DNA of 64,000 bases from Octopus sinensis (taxonomy: Eukaryota), in contig NC_043002.1 of the NCBI RefSeq assembly GCF_006345805.1, positions 54,622,001-54,686,000 on the forward strand, in the 5' to 3' direction. The first letter of the stretch is position 1; every line of letters begins with the position of its first letter. Below, piece after piece: positions 25,250 to 38,082 of the stretch. The notes below the pieces were generated by a model. It searched no databases. It was not told the DNA's origin and saw only the letters and a program-made list of their open reading frames with translations. A program made the position numbers and the translations under genes.

Positions 25250-27383
25250 GGCTGAACGCTCCGTCCTTAGTAGGGGTCTGCGTTTCATATTCCCCTCACT
25301 CCATCCTGTAAGGAATTCCAGACGCGAGTTGATGTCCACAGCTTTGTGCGCCGCGTCCGGTTGGGTGCGCATTACCATGACTCACCACCACACCCAACGA
25401 AGAGGACTGCTTCACTGGCCTGGCCGCCGCCGACCATCCCCGTGGACGCCTGCCCCTGGCCAGTTCCTAGCAGTGGATCTTTTCGCGGGCGCTTGTCAGC
25501 GTGCATTGGAGCGGTTCAACTTCTCCAGGCGCCAACGCCGCCTCAACATCTCCCCGGCTGAGCTCTTGGCTCTTCGTCCCTCCAACGGCGCGCTGACTTA
25601 TCATCAAACGGGCTGACAAGGGTGGAGCTGTAGTGTTGTGGCGCGCGGACCTCTATAGGGCCGAGGCTTTCCGCCAACTCAATGACACCTCCTTCTACTC
25701 CCTCTGCCCTCTAACCCCACACGTAGCTACCAACAGACGGTATTCCTCTACTGTCCGCGCTCATCTCGTCCCCGTCTCCCCCACACCGCATCCAACCTAA
25801 TTGTGCGAACCCCACGTACCCCCACCATTTACTTCCTCCCAAAATCCACAAACCCAACAACCCTGGCCGCCCCATCGTCTCCGCCTGTAAACTGCCCCAC
25901 GGAGCTCATCTCTAAATACCTCGACCGTTGTCCTTTCCCCCCTAGTGGCATCTCTTCCCTCCACATCCACGATACCAACCATGCTCTCCGGCTTTTCAAC
26001 TCTTTCTCCTTTCCTCCCGGCTCCTCCAAAATCCTTTTTATATGGACATCCAAAGCCTCTATACTGTTATCCCTCACCACGAAGGACTGCAGGCCCTTCA
26101 ACACTTTCTTGACCTCCGCTCCAACCCTGAACCTGACACCTCCACACTCATTCGTCTGGCCGAACTTGTCCTTATTCTGAATGCTTCTCGTTCACGGGCG
26201 AGTTCTACCATCAGATCTCGGGAGTGGCCATGGGAACGCGAATGGGCCCCAACTATGCGAACTGTTCGTTGGCTATGTTGAGGCCCAAATATTCTCTAAT
26301 TTCACTGGTCCCACTCCTGAACTATATGGTCGTTACATTGACGACATTATTGGTGCCACCTCACTCTCCCGTGAACATCTAGATTCCTTCCTCTCTTTCG
26401 TCCAATCTTTCCATCCAGCCCTCCACTTCACTCCCCATATCTCCAACACCTCTGTCTCCTTCCTCGACATTTCGGTTAGCATTCTTCACTCCACTCTTAC
26501 CACCTCCATTCACTACAAACACACAGACTCACACTCATACCTCACTTCTCTTCTCCCACCCAGAACACACCAAGCTTTCCATCCCCTATTCCCTATTCCT
26601 CCGTCTACGTAGGCTCTGTAGTGACGACACGACTTTGAGACTCAGTCTCAACGTATGGCTCACCACTTCACCCTACGTGGATACCCCTCAACCACTATCC
26701 ACACCGCCCTTGCCAGAGCACGGTCCGTGGACCGTGTATCTGCTCTCTCTCCCCGAAACCGCCTGTAGTCTCCCGCCTCCCTTTTCCCTCACTACCACCC
26801 CACGACCCTACCTCTCAAACGCACCTTCTTCGAGCTTTCCGTCATCTCCAGTCCGACCCGTCCATTCACACCTCTTCCCTAACCGACCCCTCCCCTCTTT
26901 CAAACGAGCCCACAACCTTCGAGACCTTTTAGTCCATAGCTCCTTCCCTGACCCTACCTCCCAACCCGGCTCGGTCCCCTGCTCCCGCCCAAGTTGCTGC
27001 ACTTGCCCTTACCTCTCCAACACCACCCTCCTCACTAGCACCCATCATCGACCCTATCGTATCATCAACTCCTTCACCTGCACCTCCAGCAATATTATCT
27101 ATTGCGTCTCTTACTCTCTCTGCCATTCCTTGTACATCGGACAAACGGGACGCCGCTTGGCTGACCGGTTCGCGGAACACCTTCGTGACATCCACCTTGC
27201 GAACGACACACCGGTCTCACGCCATTTCCGCTCCACCGGTCACTCCTTGCAACACCTGTCTGTGTTCGGTTTGTCCTTACACAGAGGCCATCCGGATTCC
27301 CGTTTGCGCCGTGAACAGGAATTAATCTTCTCTCTTCGCTCTTATACGCCATTTGGTATCAACTCCCCCCCCTCCTCATCTAA
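25250..27383 (+). pseudogene. PLE polyprotein: reverse transcriptase + Cys-rich linker + GIY-YIG endonuclease (broken by frameshifts)
   Basis: RADKGGAVV, PKIHKPNNPGRPIVS, MDIQSLYTVIPH, GVAMGTRMGPNYA, YGRYIDD, FLDISV, HYKHTDSHSYL, CSRPSCCTC, NIIYC...LYIGQTGRRLADRFAEH, REQELI...PFGIN. Confidence 0.92.
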
Positions 27384-27384
27384 C

Positions 27385-27812
27385 CCCCCTCCACCTCCTC
27401 ACCTACCTTTTCCCCCCCTGACCCCTACTTCTTCAGTCCTTCATCCATTCACCCCTACTCCCCTTCCCTTCTTCCCTCTTTCTCCCTCCCTTCTTCCCTC
27501 TTTCTTCCTCCCTCCTTCCCTCTTCCCCTTCCCTCTGCTCCCTCACTCCCCTTCTCTCTCCCCCTCTCCCTCTTTCCTCCTTCCCCTTCTCCCCTTCTCT
27601 CTCCCCCTCTCCCTCTTTCTCCTCCTTCCTCCTCCCCCTTTTCCCCTCCCTCCTTCCCTCTCCCCTTCCCTCTGCTCCCTCACTCCGCTTCTCTCTCCCC
27701 CTCTCCTTTCTCTTTCTCCTCCCCTCCTCCTCCCCCTCCTTCTCCCCCCTCCCCTCCTCTCCTCCCCCTCTTCTCCCCCTCCTCTTCCCCCCCCCTCCTC
27801 TCCTCTCTCCAC
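27385..27812. repeat. ~430-bp polypyrimidine (C/T) tract
   Basis: Almost exclusively C and T on the + strand; G-run-rich on the - strand. Confidence 0.9.
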
Positions 27813-28079
27813 ACTACACCACACGACTTTACACATCACATCATATATACATACACACGTCCAGACCTCTCATACGCACTAATACTCTCTCATACACACA
27901 CACACACACACACCCTTATGTTGGAGTAGGTCATTCAACCCTATTATCTCCCCTAATTTCGCTCTCGCGTCTCATGTTTGATCTTTGACTTCTGGCCGAA
28001 ATCAGATCGCCATGTTGATTCGTTAGTCACTGCACGCATATTTTTTTCTCCTTCTTTCTGTGTTTTTTTTCTCTGTGTA

Positions 28080-28117
28080 TCTTTCTGTTGAAGAGCGTAG
28101 GCTCGAAACGTTAAAGA
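28080..28117 (+). ncRNA. Minimal hammerhead-like motif, variant core CUGUUGA
   Basis: tcttt-CTGTTGA-a-gagc gtag gctc-GAA-ACGT-T-aaaga: 5-bp stem I, 4-bp stem II. Confidence 0.55.
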
Positions 28118-28209
28118 CTTGTTTATTTATATTTCCTGAGCGCCATACTAATACAATTGTTTGTTTGTTTTCCACCTGCCTTCGTCTTTTGTTTATTTTC
28201 ATAAAGCTT

Positions 28210-28295
<86 letters not shown>

Positions 28296-28378
28296 AACAA
28301 TTGCAGCGTGGAAGGTGTTTATAAGCCATTTAAGAAACATAACACAACCGTTAGATTCACTTCAACATTTTAATTTAA

Positions 28379-28428
28379 TTTGCCAAAATATTTCGTCGCT
28401 TTGAGACCGCGACCTGTTCACTGACAAA
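28379..28428 (-). ncRNA. Hammerhead-like motif with G3/C8-swapped core
   Basis: Minus strand: tttgtca-GTGAACA-g-gtcgc ggtctcaaa gcgac-GAA-ATAT-T-ttggcaaa. Confidence 0.45.
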
Positions 28429-28456
28429 ACCGTCGTTCTATGCAAGTAAATCGCCG

Positions 28457-28523
<67 letters not shown>

Positions 28524-28526
<3 letters not shown>

Positions 28527-28716
28527 CGAGCTGGCAGACACGTTAGCATGCCGTTACGTTGTGAGTTCTAATTCCGCCGAGGTCGACTTTGCCTTTTATC
28601 CTTTCGGGGTCGATAAATTAAGTACCAGTTACGCACTGGGGTCGATGTAATCGACTTAATCCGTTGTTTGTCCTTGTTTTTCTCCTCTGTGTTTAGCCCT
28701 TGTGAGTAGTAAAGAA

Positions 28717-28718
<2 letters not shown>
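28524..28718 (+). mobile_element. SINE family 2, young subfamily (internal deletion in head)
   Basis: gagctggcag..gttagca, core gaggtcgactttgcctt, tail tttagcccttgtgagtagtaaagaaa. Confidence 0.85.
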
Positions 28719-28751
<33 letters not shown>

Positions 28752-29244
28752 GAGTTTGCTTTTCTTTGGAACATGGTAACCTACTTCGCATAAAGTAGAG
28801 TATTGATACTAATTTTGAACACGATTTATTAAAGCCCAACCTAATGCGTTTTGTTTGGTCGAAGAACGCGTTGGACACTTCGTAGTTATTTGTAGATAAA
28901 ATATATTAAAGCTATTAATAAATAATAAATAAAAATGTAATGGTGATGATAATAGATATATATATAAAAATGGCGAGAATAGAAATAAAAATAAAGAAAA
29001 AAGAAAAATGCAAAATAAGAATAGAGAATGAAGTAAATACATACGGAAGTATACAGAATGTTAAAAGATAGTTATAACGGGGGTGGGGTGGAATAAAGGG
29101 CATGGCTAGCCAATATAGCCGAAACGAAACTATATGAAAATGGATTAGCGACATGTAGTTCGTATTTAGAAACGTGCACATAGAGACGAGCATAAACGTA
29201 CACACGCGCATCGACACATGATCAACACACGCACACAGTTATCC

Positions 29245-29700
29245 ACGAGCTTTCAAATATCTTCATGTTGCAGATTTTGCATTCAGATATAGCCTAGAGT
29301 GAGCGAGCTCTTTATTATGTGTCACTTTTCTGCTGTACACAGTTTACATCTGCTACTGTTGAAGTAAAATTTGCACTTTCCCATTAATCTTTAATGTTGC
29401 AATCCGCAAATTTCTCTTTCAAAAGAGACATTGATAAAATAGCATGGATCCGGGTGGAGTATGAGGAGGGTAGGTGAAGAAGCTATGGACCTGTTAGTCA
29501 CGTGTTTTGTAAATACAATTAATAAAGTGGAGGGATGGATTCGAGAAGAGGTGGAGAGTCGCAGCATCGGATTGGAGGAGATGAAATGTACGTAGAATTG
29601 AAGGGTGAAATAAATGGAAAACAGAAGCAGTTGGGAATGGACGGATACGGAAAGGAAAGGAAAGAGGCGCGTGAGGGCGGCCTACACTAGTATGCAGAAA
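29245..29700 (+). mobile_element. Decayed RTE-clade LINE 3' fragment
   Basis: FKYL at the start and a G/A-rich segment ending ...gagggcggcctaca resembling the GR.RGRP terminal motif. Confidence 0.4.
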
Positions 29701-30331
29701 ATGAAACAAAACGATTACATTATAGACATCTAATAACACTAAACTGTTAAATTCATCTTAAAAATATTTCCATCAATGTAATATGTGATAATATAGTCCA
29801 ACACACATATATACAAACAGACATACACACGTGTACATACATACACATATGCATACATACATACATACATACATACATACATACATACATACATACATAC
29901 ATACATACATACATACGCGCACGAACTACGGGCTTCTGCGGTTTACGCCAACAAAGTCCCACTCTCAAGATACATATCAACCGAGACTGTAGTCAGACAC
30001 ACAGGCCCAAGCTTCAGTGCAGTCGGATCCTACCTGGAGCCATGTGGTTACAAAATGACTTGCTTACCCAAGCATGGTTACTTGACTTACTCAAAGCTGT
30101 AGCTGAATTTCATTCAGATGACACTTTTTCACCTTTAAAAAAAAGGAAGGACACTTTCAATAATGTAACCCTAGAGACATGACTATGTGGTTGAGAAGCT
30201 TGTTCTGTAACCAACTGATTTGGGATTCAATCTCACATTACACGGCGCCCTGAACAAGTGTCTTCGACTGTAGTTGTGGGCCCACCAATGCCTTGTGAGT
30301 GGATTTGGTAGGCAGAAACTGTATGGAAGGT

Positions 30332-30540
30332 AAGGTGGCGAGCTGGCAGAAACGTTAGCACGTTCTGCCGCTACGTTCTGACTTCAAATTCCGCCGAGGT
30401 CGACTTTGCCTTTCATCCTTTCGGGGTCGATTAAATAAGTACCAGTTACGCACTGGGGTCGATATAATCGACTTAATCCGTTTGTCTGTCCTTGTTTGTC
30501 CTCTCTGTGTGTAGCCCCTTGTGGGCAGTAAAGCAATAAG
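30332..30540 (+). mobile_element. SINE family 2, young subfamily
   Basis: Same head, core and tail as 51956-52187, with a head deletion. Confidence 0.85.
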
Positions 30541-31098
30541 AAACTGTGTGGAAGTTCGTGCGTGTATGTGTGTGTGTGTGTGTATAGAGAGAGGGGGAGC
30601 GGGAGAGAGAGAGAGAGAGAGACGAGAGAAGAGAGAGAAATGCATGTATGTACTTTATGTACTTGCTGATGTATATCATCGCTTGAAAACCAGTGTTAAT
30701 TTGTTTATGTCTCTGTAGCTCATTGGCTCGGCAAAAGAGAATAATAAAATCAGTATCATGATTGGAAAATCCCAAACTCTGCTCGATCAATGCTGACCGA
30801 GGGCTAAATAACAACAATAACAGAAGCAACAGCTACCCTCTACTTTCCTCGTTATTGAACTATGAACTTGAACTTTGCTAATCACTATAATGATAATCGA
30901 ATATGGCCTCTCGTATCTGTTCTTTGCAGTTGTTTAACTCCAGCTAGTCTCGTCCTATTTTCAGACATAGTAACTTGGACTATATTATCTAGTGTGTTTT
31001 TTTTTACTTTTTCTGAAGATTGTAGATTTTGATTTAAGGAAGACTTGGCTGCTCTCAAGTTGTGTGTGTACAGGTGTGTATTTATATCCTAGTATATA

Positions 31099-31269
31099 AT
31101 TACATGTTGTTAAGGTTGTCTCTACTGATTTTTCTATAGAAATTATAGCCATCAATTTGTAGTATATTATGGTTGGATCGTCTCGTATACGAAACGTCGT
31201 AACAAAATCAGTGCTGGCTATAATTTCGATAGAAAAATCTGTCGAGAAAACTTTAACAGGTGATGTAAT
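31099..31269. mobile_element. Small hairpin / MITE-like inverted repeat
   Basis: tctactgatttttctatagaaattatagcca pairs with tggctataatttcgatagaaaaatctgtcga and extends to aattacat / atgtaat; central palindrome tcgtatacga. Confidence 0.6.
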
Positions 31270-31926
31270 AGCACTGCTAACACAGTAGAACACAGTATTG
31301 AATAATAAAGCGTTTAATATACTTTGTAGTATATTAATAGTTGTCTAACGAAATACGGTGTCCATGCAGGTCATTAATAAGTACAAGTTTGTTGCTGTTT
31401 ATAGAGGTCATATTTGTGTTCAGATCGATGCTGGAATTTTGATGTGAGGCTCTGTACTTCAACGTCTATGTACATATATATACGTTTGTTTCTCGATTCT
31501 CCTCAAATTTGTGTAATTATATATGTGCATACGTAAATGTCTTGGACAATTATAGTATTCTGCCCTTTTAATTCCATGTACGCTTTCCCTCTTCCCTCTT
31601 CCCTCTGAAGATTTCTTTTGCCACACACACGCACATACACACAAGCCTCACACACCTTTCCAGCAGTTCCTAACAAAATTTCTCATTAAAATTTTATGCT
31701 CTGACCATTGTACTATTCTTTAGAAGTAACATCCTGCCAAATGTAAATAACTATTGAATTATAAATAACGCGAGCGCACACAGCTAGCTAACTAGCTAGA
31801 TAGATAAATAAAAAATATTTTTATAAGTGTAAAAACTGTGAACAGTGTAGAATGAACTACTTTAATAAATTTCTTGATAGTGACTTCGAAGTTTCGCTAG
31901 TAGTTGAACTCGATATACATACACTT

Positions 31927-31969
<43 letters not shown>

Positions 31970-32741
31970 TACAAATGAGAAAATGAGAACCATAATAGCA
32001 TATATATGTATGCTATTGATGTTTTCATTTTGTTAAATGAATAAATAATCCAACATTCTAATATCCGAAAGTTGATGAGCAAACTAAATTTGTTTCTCCA
32101 TTTTCTTATTTGCATTATAAATTAACGATAAAAATATTTCTTTACCTTCACCTGTTTAATACAATAAACGAGTTAACTGCATTGCAATTAAAACATTTAT
32201 GTATTAAGAATCTGGGTACTTTACCAACAGTATATTGGATAAATACTATCCCTTAGTGGGTTATACTCATAACCCCTAACTTACTTTGTGTGATATACAC
32301 ACACACACACACCACACACACACACACACATCTGGAACGCCTTTGATTACAGGGTTTGTTCTATCTTGTCTGACTCGATGCTAAACAACAATAGCAGCAT
32401 AGTAAATAGTAGCATTTCCAGGCAACTACTGATGGTCTGTGTCAGGAATGAGTAAATATAGAAAGTTTAAAAAATAGAATAAACTAGTTTATTGTGTAAA
32501 AGCAGAAAAGCCTAACGTTTCGGGCAGGGCTCATCGTCAGTTATGATGATGATGATGGAGTTCAGGTCAGTCCTAACTAAACAGACCTCGATTTAAAAGT
32601 TATTCCGGACATTACCATCCCATTTTTTTGCATATTATCGCCCAATGCACCCACCTTTGATTTAAGATTTAAGATTATAATTTGGGGGATACTTGGCTGC
32701 TATGTTTAGCAGGTCGAGCGACCGTCAAGAACCTCCCTCAT

Positions 32742-33151
32742 TTATCTTTGTCTTTTAGTTGTTTCAGTCATTAGACTGCGGCCATGCTGGGGTACCACCT
32801 TAAAGAATTTTAGTCGAGCCTATCAACCCCTATACTTATTTGCTTTGAAGCCTGGTACTTATTCTATCGGTCTCTTTTTGCCGAATCGCTAAGTTACGGG
32901 TACGTAATCATACCAACACCAGTTCCTAAGCGTTGGTGAGAGTTAAAAATAGACTCAAAGACAGACAGATATACACACACACACACCACACACACATACA
33001 CACACACGACAAGCTTCTTTCAGTTTCCATTCGCAAGACTTTAGTCGGCTCGAGGCTACTGTGAAAGAAACTTTCCTGCAGTGCCAGGCCGTAGGGCTGA
33101 ACCCGGAATCTTATGGTCGGGCAGCAAACTACTTACCACACAGCCATGCCT
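32742..33151 (-). mobile_element. SINE family 1, full length
   Basis: Reverse-complement homology to 18158-18585. Confidence 0.8.
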
Positions 33152-33546
33152 ACGGCTGATAATCTAATATTTTCTTCTAATGATACTCGGATCAAATAGT
33201 TCTTTGTTTCGACAAGGAGCATCCAGCTGTTCAACTACCTTGAACTAATACGTACGTGGCTGAGTATTCCTCAAACACCGGTACACTTAACGCAATCCTT
33301 GGAAAGAGCTGTACCTTTTGAATTACGAGTACGATATACGCGACTGTCTTCCTCAGATTTTCAACCCAATTTCACTCACTGGGGTTGAGTCAAGTCGACA
33401 CGAGGCTATGGCAATATAAAAGACACTTGTCTAAGATGTCGCACAAGGGGATCGAACCCATGACATTGTAATTGAGAAGCAAACTTTCCTAAGCATTCGC
33501 CCATTGTGCGTCCATTGGTACCGATAACACATACACGCACACACAC

Positions 33547-33582
<36 letters not shown>

Positions 33583-34541
33583 ATACACACAAACGAACAA
33601 GATCTTGACAAGGTCAAAAGAGACATTATCAGGAGATATCATTTCCGACTTATGCTGATTTCTTAGTCTAACACTCGCAAATAATTCGCTCTGACCACTC
33701 ACTCCCCCTCCACACACAAACACACACCCCCACCCCACCCCACCCCCACGCCTTCTCACTCTGCCACTCACTCCACCTTTCACTCCTTCCACTTCCCTCC
33801 AACGTTTTCATAACATTTTGCATCAGCCGGTCTCCATGATTATTGTGTTCTGTCCATTTTTGCTCTTTCTTTTCCTGTCTTTTACAGCAAATTCGTCTTC
33901 CAGCTCTCAAACGCCAACACCTCCCTTCACTCATCACAAGTCCCTCGCCCTCACAGAATCACCGTTCATTCACTTCTTTGGTCAGACGGACACACACATT
34001 CAAATAAGTATTTTCCTTCTTTGCTCTGTCATTCTGCAGCCATTCTAAGACCACTAGCTGCTGCTGCTGCTGCTGCTGCTGCCACTACTGCCACTACTAC
34101 TGCTGCTGCTGATGCTGTAGCTAGCGGTAGGCTTATTTATCTACCTATTTATTTATTACATATAAACTGGACGTAGTATGAGATCACGAGAGAGAGAGGG
34201 AGAGAGAGAGAAGGAGAGAGATGGAGAGGGAGAGAGAGACAATAAGAGCTTGCTGAAGGGCAGGAAGAAAAGTAAACGAAGTAGATGTAAAGATGAAGGA
34301 AACATTGGAGAAAGACTTGAAGAAAGAGATGTAATGATGGAGTGGTCAAGATAGACCGCAGCAGCCAACCTACTCACGTGACTATATATACAGATATATA
34401 TATATATATATATATCCATAGATATATAATATATATTCAGAACCATGTTAGCGACAACAGATCTCTGTTGACTTAAGAAAAGAACAAAACAAGAAAAGCA
34501 ACATAAAAAGACCTCCAGTTTTCAAAAATAGACAAAAACAA

Positions 34542-34593
<52 letters not shown>

Positions 34594-34885
34594 GCACACG
34601 TACTTACACAAATACATTTTACATACATACATAACGTAACATCACACATGTAATTTAACTTCGCACACAAATTGTATATACGTAAATATATATAATACGT
34701 ATGCACATTTGCACAGAGAAAAAGCACGGTAACGAACTATATTGGCTACTGCTGACTGACAGTGGTCTTTCTTTTCAGGGAATTCTATATTGCAGCTGAC
34801 CAAGTCTTTGTAGAATGTCAAGCTACCGACAAAACGATCGATGGTTCGTGCCTCATTACCAAAACTACACTGATTTTGTGTGTGT

Positions 34886-34929
<44 letters not shown>

Positions 34930-35109
34930 TTTAATTCATTATGAAGGAAGAGTGCTACATAGCCGAATGGTTAAAAAATTTGATTTGCAAATCATGAGGT
35001 CTTTGGTTCGATTCCTCTGTCCGAAATGCAGATCAGTTCTTTTTTCAGGTTACCCCAAGGCCTGTGTGAAATTTAGTAAAATAGAAAGTTGTGTGAAAGC
35101 TTGTTGAAT

Positions 35110-38050
35110 GGATTGAATTCGTAAATGGATGCAGGTGTAGCAATGTAGTTAAGAAGTTCTCTTCACAACTACGTAATTTCGTGTTCAAACTCGCTGCGCG
35201 GCACCTTTAGTAGTGAAGTTATCTTTTCTACTACGAACATCAAGTCGATACAAACTCTCTCTATAAGAGAAATTTGTCTGCGCATTATCAACCACAGCAT
35301 GCCTTGTCCGCAATTCATTGAGTTTTGACCCAATAAATGGCGGACTGGACAAGCCATAGTTGATAATGTGCAATTGAACGCATCCCTTCTACAAAAAGTG
35401 AAGGAACAGGCATTCCAATCCGGAGAGAAGGAAACAAGGGCTCGGCGGTGTGCAGTAACAGTATGATGGAAGTGATATAAAGAGTGCACCACCTCTACCC
35501 GATCTTTCAGGGATAGTTTTCTTTCTGCCCATTTCTGTGTGAATGGCTACCCTGTTCGTCACCGCATCCTCATTTTTCTCCACTTGGAGCTCTGGGCGAA
35601 ACCAACTCCGAGCAATTTAACTGGTCTGTCTGTCCAGTGTCCACGATGCTGTTGTACAGTATGGACCTGCCTTTCCTGGTACTGAGCTGCAGGTCCACTG
35701 GCATTTTTTGTTAGCTATTGGTCTTGTTACCTTCTCGTAGTCACTTTGAGGAGTCCCGATCACCTCAATATGTCTGGTGTCCACCACTATAACAGTGGCG
35801 TCATCAAGATATGCTAACATGATTCTCCCACATCCTAGCTCGCGCGGGGTGCCCCCATCGTCTCTAATTTCAGTGGCTCTAGAGATACTACATACAGAAG
35901 AGATAAGAGGGGACAACCTTGATGACCGAATGCATGATACAGATGGACCGAATACATGATACAGATAGGTGGCCTTTCACTCTAACCGTCGAACAGATTC
36001 GCAGTACATTGAGACAATCCAACCGTGGGAGACGAGACCGAACCGTTGCTGTGAGTAGAGCCGCCAAGTATTGGTGGTCGACCCTATCGACAGCTTCTGT
36101 TAGATCTAAATTGATCGAGTGCTCCATCCATGCCGGAATCCTTACCCATCCTCTCTCTGATGTATTGCATGAGGTGAAGAGTGTCTTGCCTGTGCATCAC
36201 AAATTAGAACATCGACGACAAGCACCAATCTCTTTGCTAACACCATGGTCAAAATTTTGGAATCAACGTTTGACTGAGTTATAGACCGAAAATTATCGAA
36301 GTGATTTCCCTTTTTTTGGAAGCGCTACAATTCCTCAACTCACAGATTGGAATCCTCCTCTTCTACTTCTGCTTGCAGTAGATATCAGTCAAGGGATCTC
36401 CAAACAAGCTCGTAGGGTGGACTATCCAAATGAGGCGATTTGCACCCTGCGCAGTCAACAATCGCAAATAGTATTTCAGCAGCCGCTATTGTCTATTTGC
36501 AACACTCTGTCTCTCTTACCAAGCGCCTCTGGGCGTCAGGTGGGCTCTGAAATCCACCTTTGTTCCGGTCTGCCATTCATCCCGAAACAGTAAACCGAAG
36601 TGCTGTTGAAAAGCCGTGCACATCTGCTTCGTGTCGAGTAACATGTGCTCATTGTAGTTTCCCAAAGAGTGCATAGTGCTTTGTTGTCACATAGCAGCGC
36701 CAACGTGTGCTTAACTAATTTGTTAATACGGTCTCTAAGTTTGAGACACCGAGAGTAACACGTTCAGCTTCCAGTAACCAGGTGAATTATGGGCAACTTC
36801 TGCTATCCTTCTCTACTGGCCTACAGTATACTCTATTTAGATACGACTTGAATGACCCGATGCTGTTTGTCCATGCCCACATTAAGAAATCCAGTCGGTA
36901 CCTGTCAGTTGGAAACGTCAGAATATGTTTTCGCGACATTTGTATCTCCCTCACCTATCAGTTAACCCCACACAATCCCAACGGGTACCGAAAATAGCGC
37001 TTTAGTTACCCACTAACTAAAGAGCAGAGCATTTCTCGAAAACCTCTAGGCATCTGGAGAAATCCGGCTGTCCTGCTCCAGTCGATGCATAAGCAGATAA
37101 CTTGAAGGCGCACCCTTCATCTCTGTTCACGTTTAGCATCACTACCTTCCCTTCTCGTCCATATCATAAGATCCAGACCTTTCCGAAACAATACAACATT
37201 TCCACCTTCTGGTCCCGGTTAGTTCGGTGATAAGTCGATCTCGTATCTAAAGAAAATGGGCATGAAGGTTTGTGGATTGGAAATTCCAGTGCACTTACAC
37301 TGCCTATTTTGAGTAAGGACAGTTGATACGTTCTTCCAGCTGGCTGTGGGCATTTCCACAAGCAATTTCTTATAAAGTCTTTCGTTGACATTTCCTCTGA
37401 AGTCTCCGACTATGTCGAGGTATTTCTTCATGGTGTGGTATATGTTTTGAGAGGTTTGCACGATTGTTATGATGTTATTTGTTGGTGTAATGAAATCACT
37501 AAGTGATATAAGTGTATTCATGTATGTTTGTCATTAACTTTATGCTTGCATTTATGGTAGTGTAATTTATACTTCTTGGAGGTTGTCCTTGGTTTCGGTG
37601 TATAATGGGTCTTTCTGGTGTTTGTAATAATGGTTGACTCTGTATTGGTGGTGACTACGAAGATAGTGATGGTGATGTTGATAGTATTAGTGCTGTTGTT
37701 TTTAGAGATGGTATTAGTTTGTCGATATTGGGAGGTGTTTCTTTCATCCGTTTGCGCCTCCGTTTTTTGTGGGTGGGAGACGGTTGGTAAGATATTTATC
37801 TTTTTTTTATTGTTACTTGTTGCCATTTGCTTTCTTCTCCGTCACCTTCGCCATACGATGTATCTGAGTGAGAAGTATGTCTTCTTGGGATGGAGTTTGT
37901 CGTTGTATTTTTGTTTAGTTGTTATTTGAGGATTTTCTGTTGCTATTATTATTGATGATGTGATGGGTGTGGTGGCTTTTGGGAGAGGTATTCTTTTTGT
38001 TGTTGTTGCTGTTGGTGTTGTTGTTTTCATTGTTACTTTTGCAGCTGCTG
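35110..38050 (-). mobile_element. Decayed Tx1/L1-clade LINE (ORF1 tail, APE endonuclease, RT)
   Basis: Minus strand GGNVVLFRKGLDL, GCAFKLSAYA, WAWTNSIG..KSYLNRV (endonuclease) and SPL...LAYLDDATVIV...YEKVT (RT); many stops; Thr/Asn-rich ORF1-like region at 37500-38050. Confidence 0.75.
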
Positions 38051-38082
38051 GTTTTAGCGTTTCGACTGATGTCAGTTGTTGT

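Larger units (their letters stand above)
25030..28212 (+). mobile_element. Neptune-type Penelope-like retroelement (5'-truncated, frameshifted) with 3' pLTR
   Basis: RT and GIY-YIG coding remnants, CT-rich 3' region, then a terminal repeat with a hammerhead-like motif ending in (TA)n. Confidence 0.9.

Noticed and set aside
26635-27882. 415-aa ORF as a novel Pro/Leu/Ser-rich protein
   Set aside because: The middle is the Penelope GIY-YIG region; the tail is read-through into the C/T tract after a frameshift.
30985-31293. Mucin-like Thr/Ser-rich ORF
   Set aside because: Coincides with an inverted-repeat mini-element; the composition is incidental.
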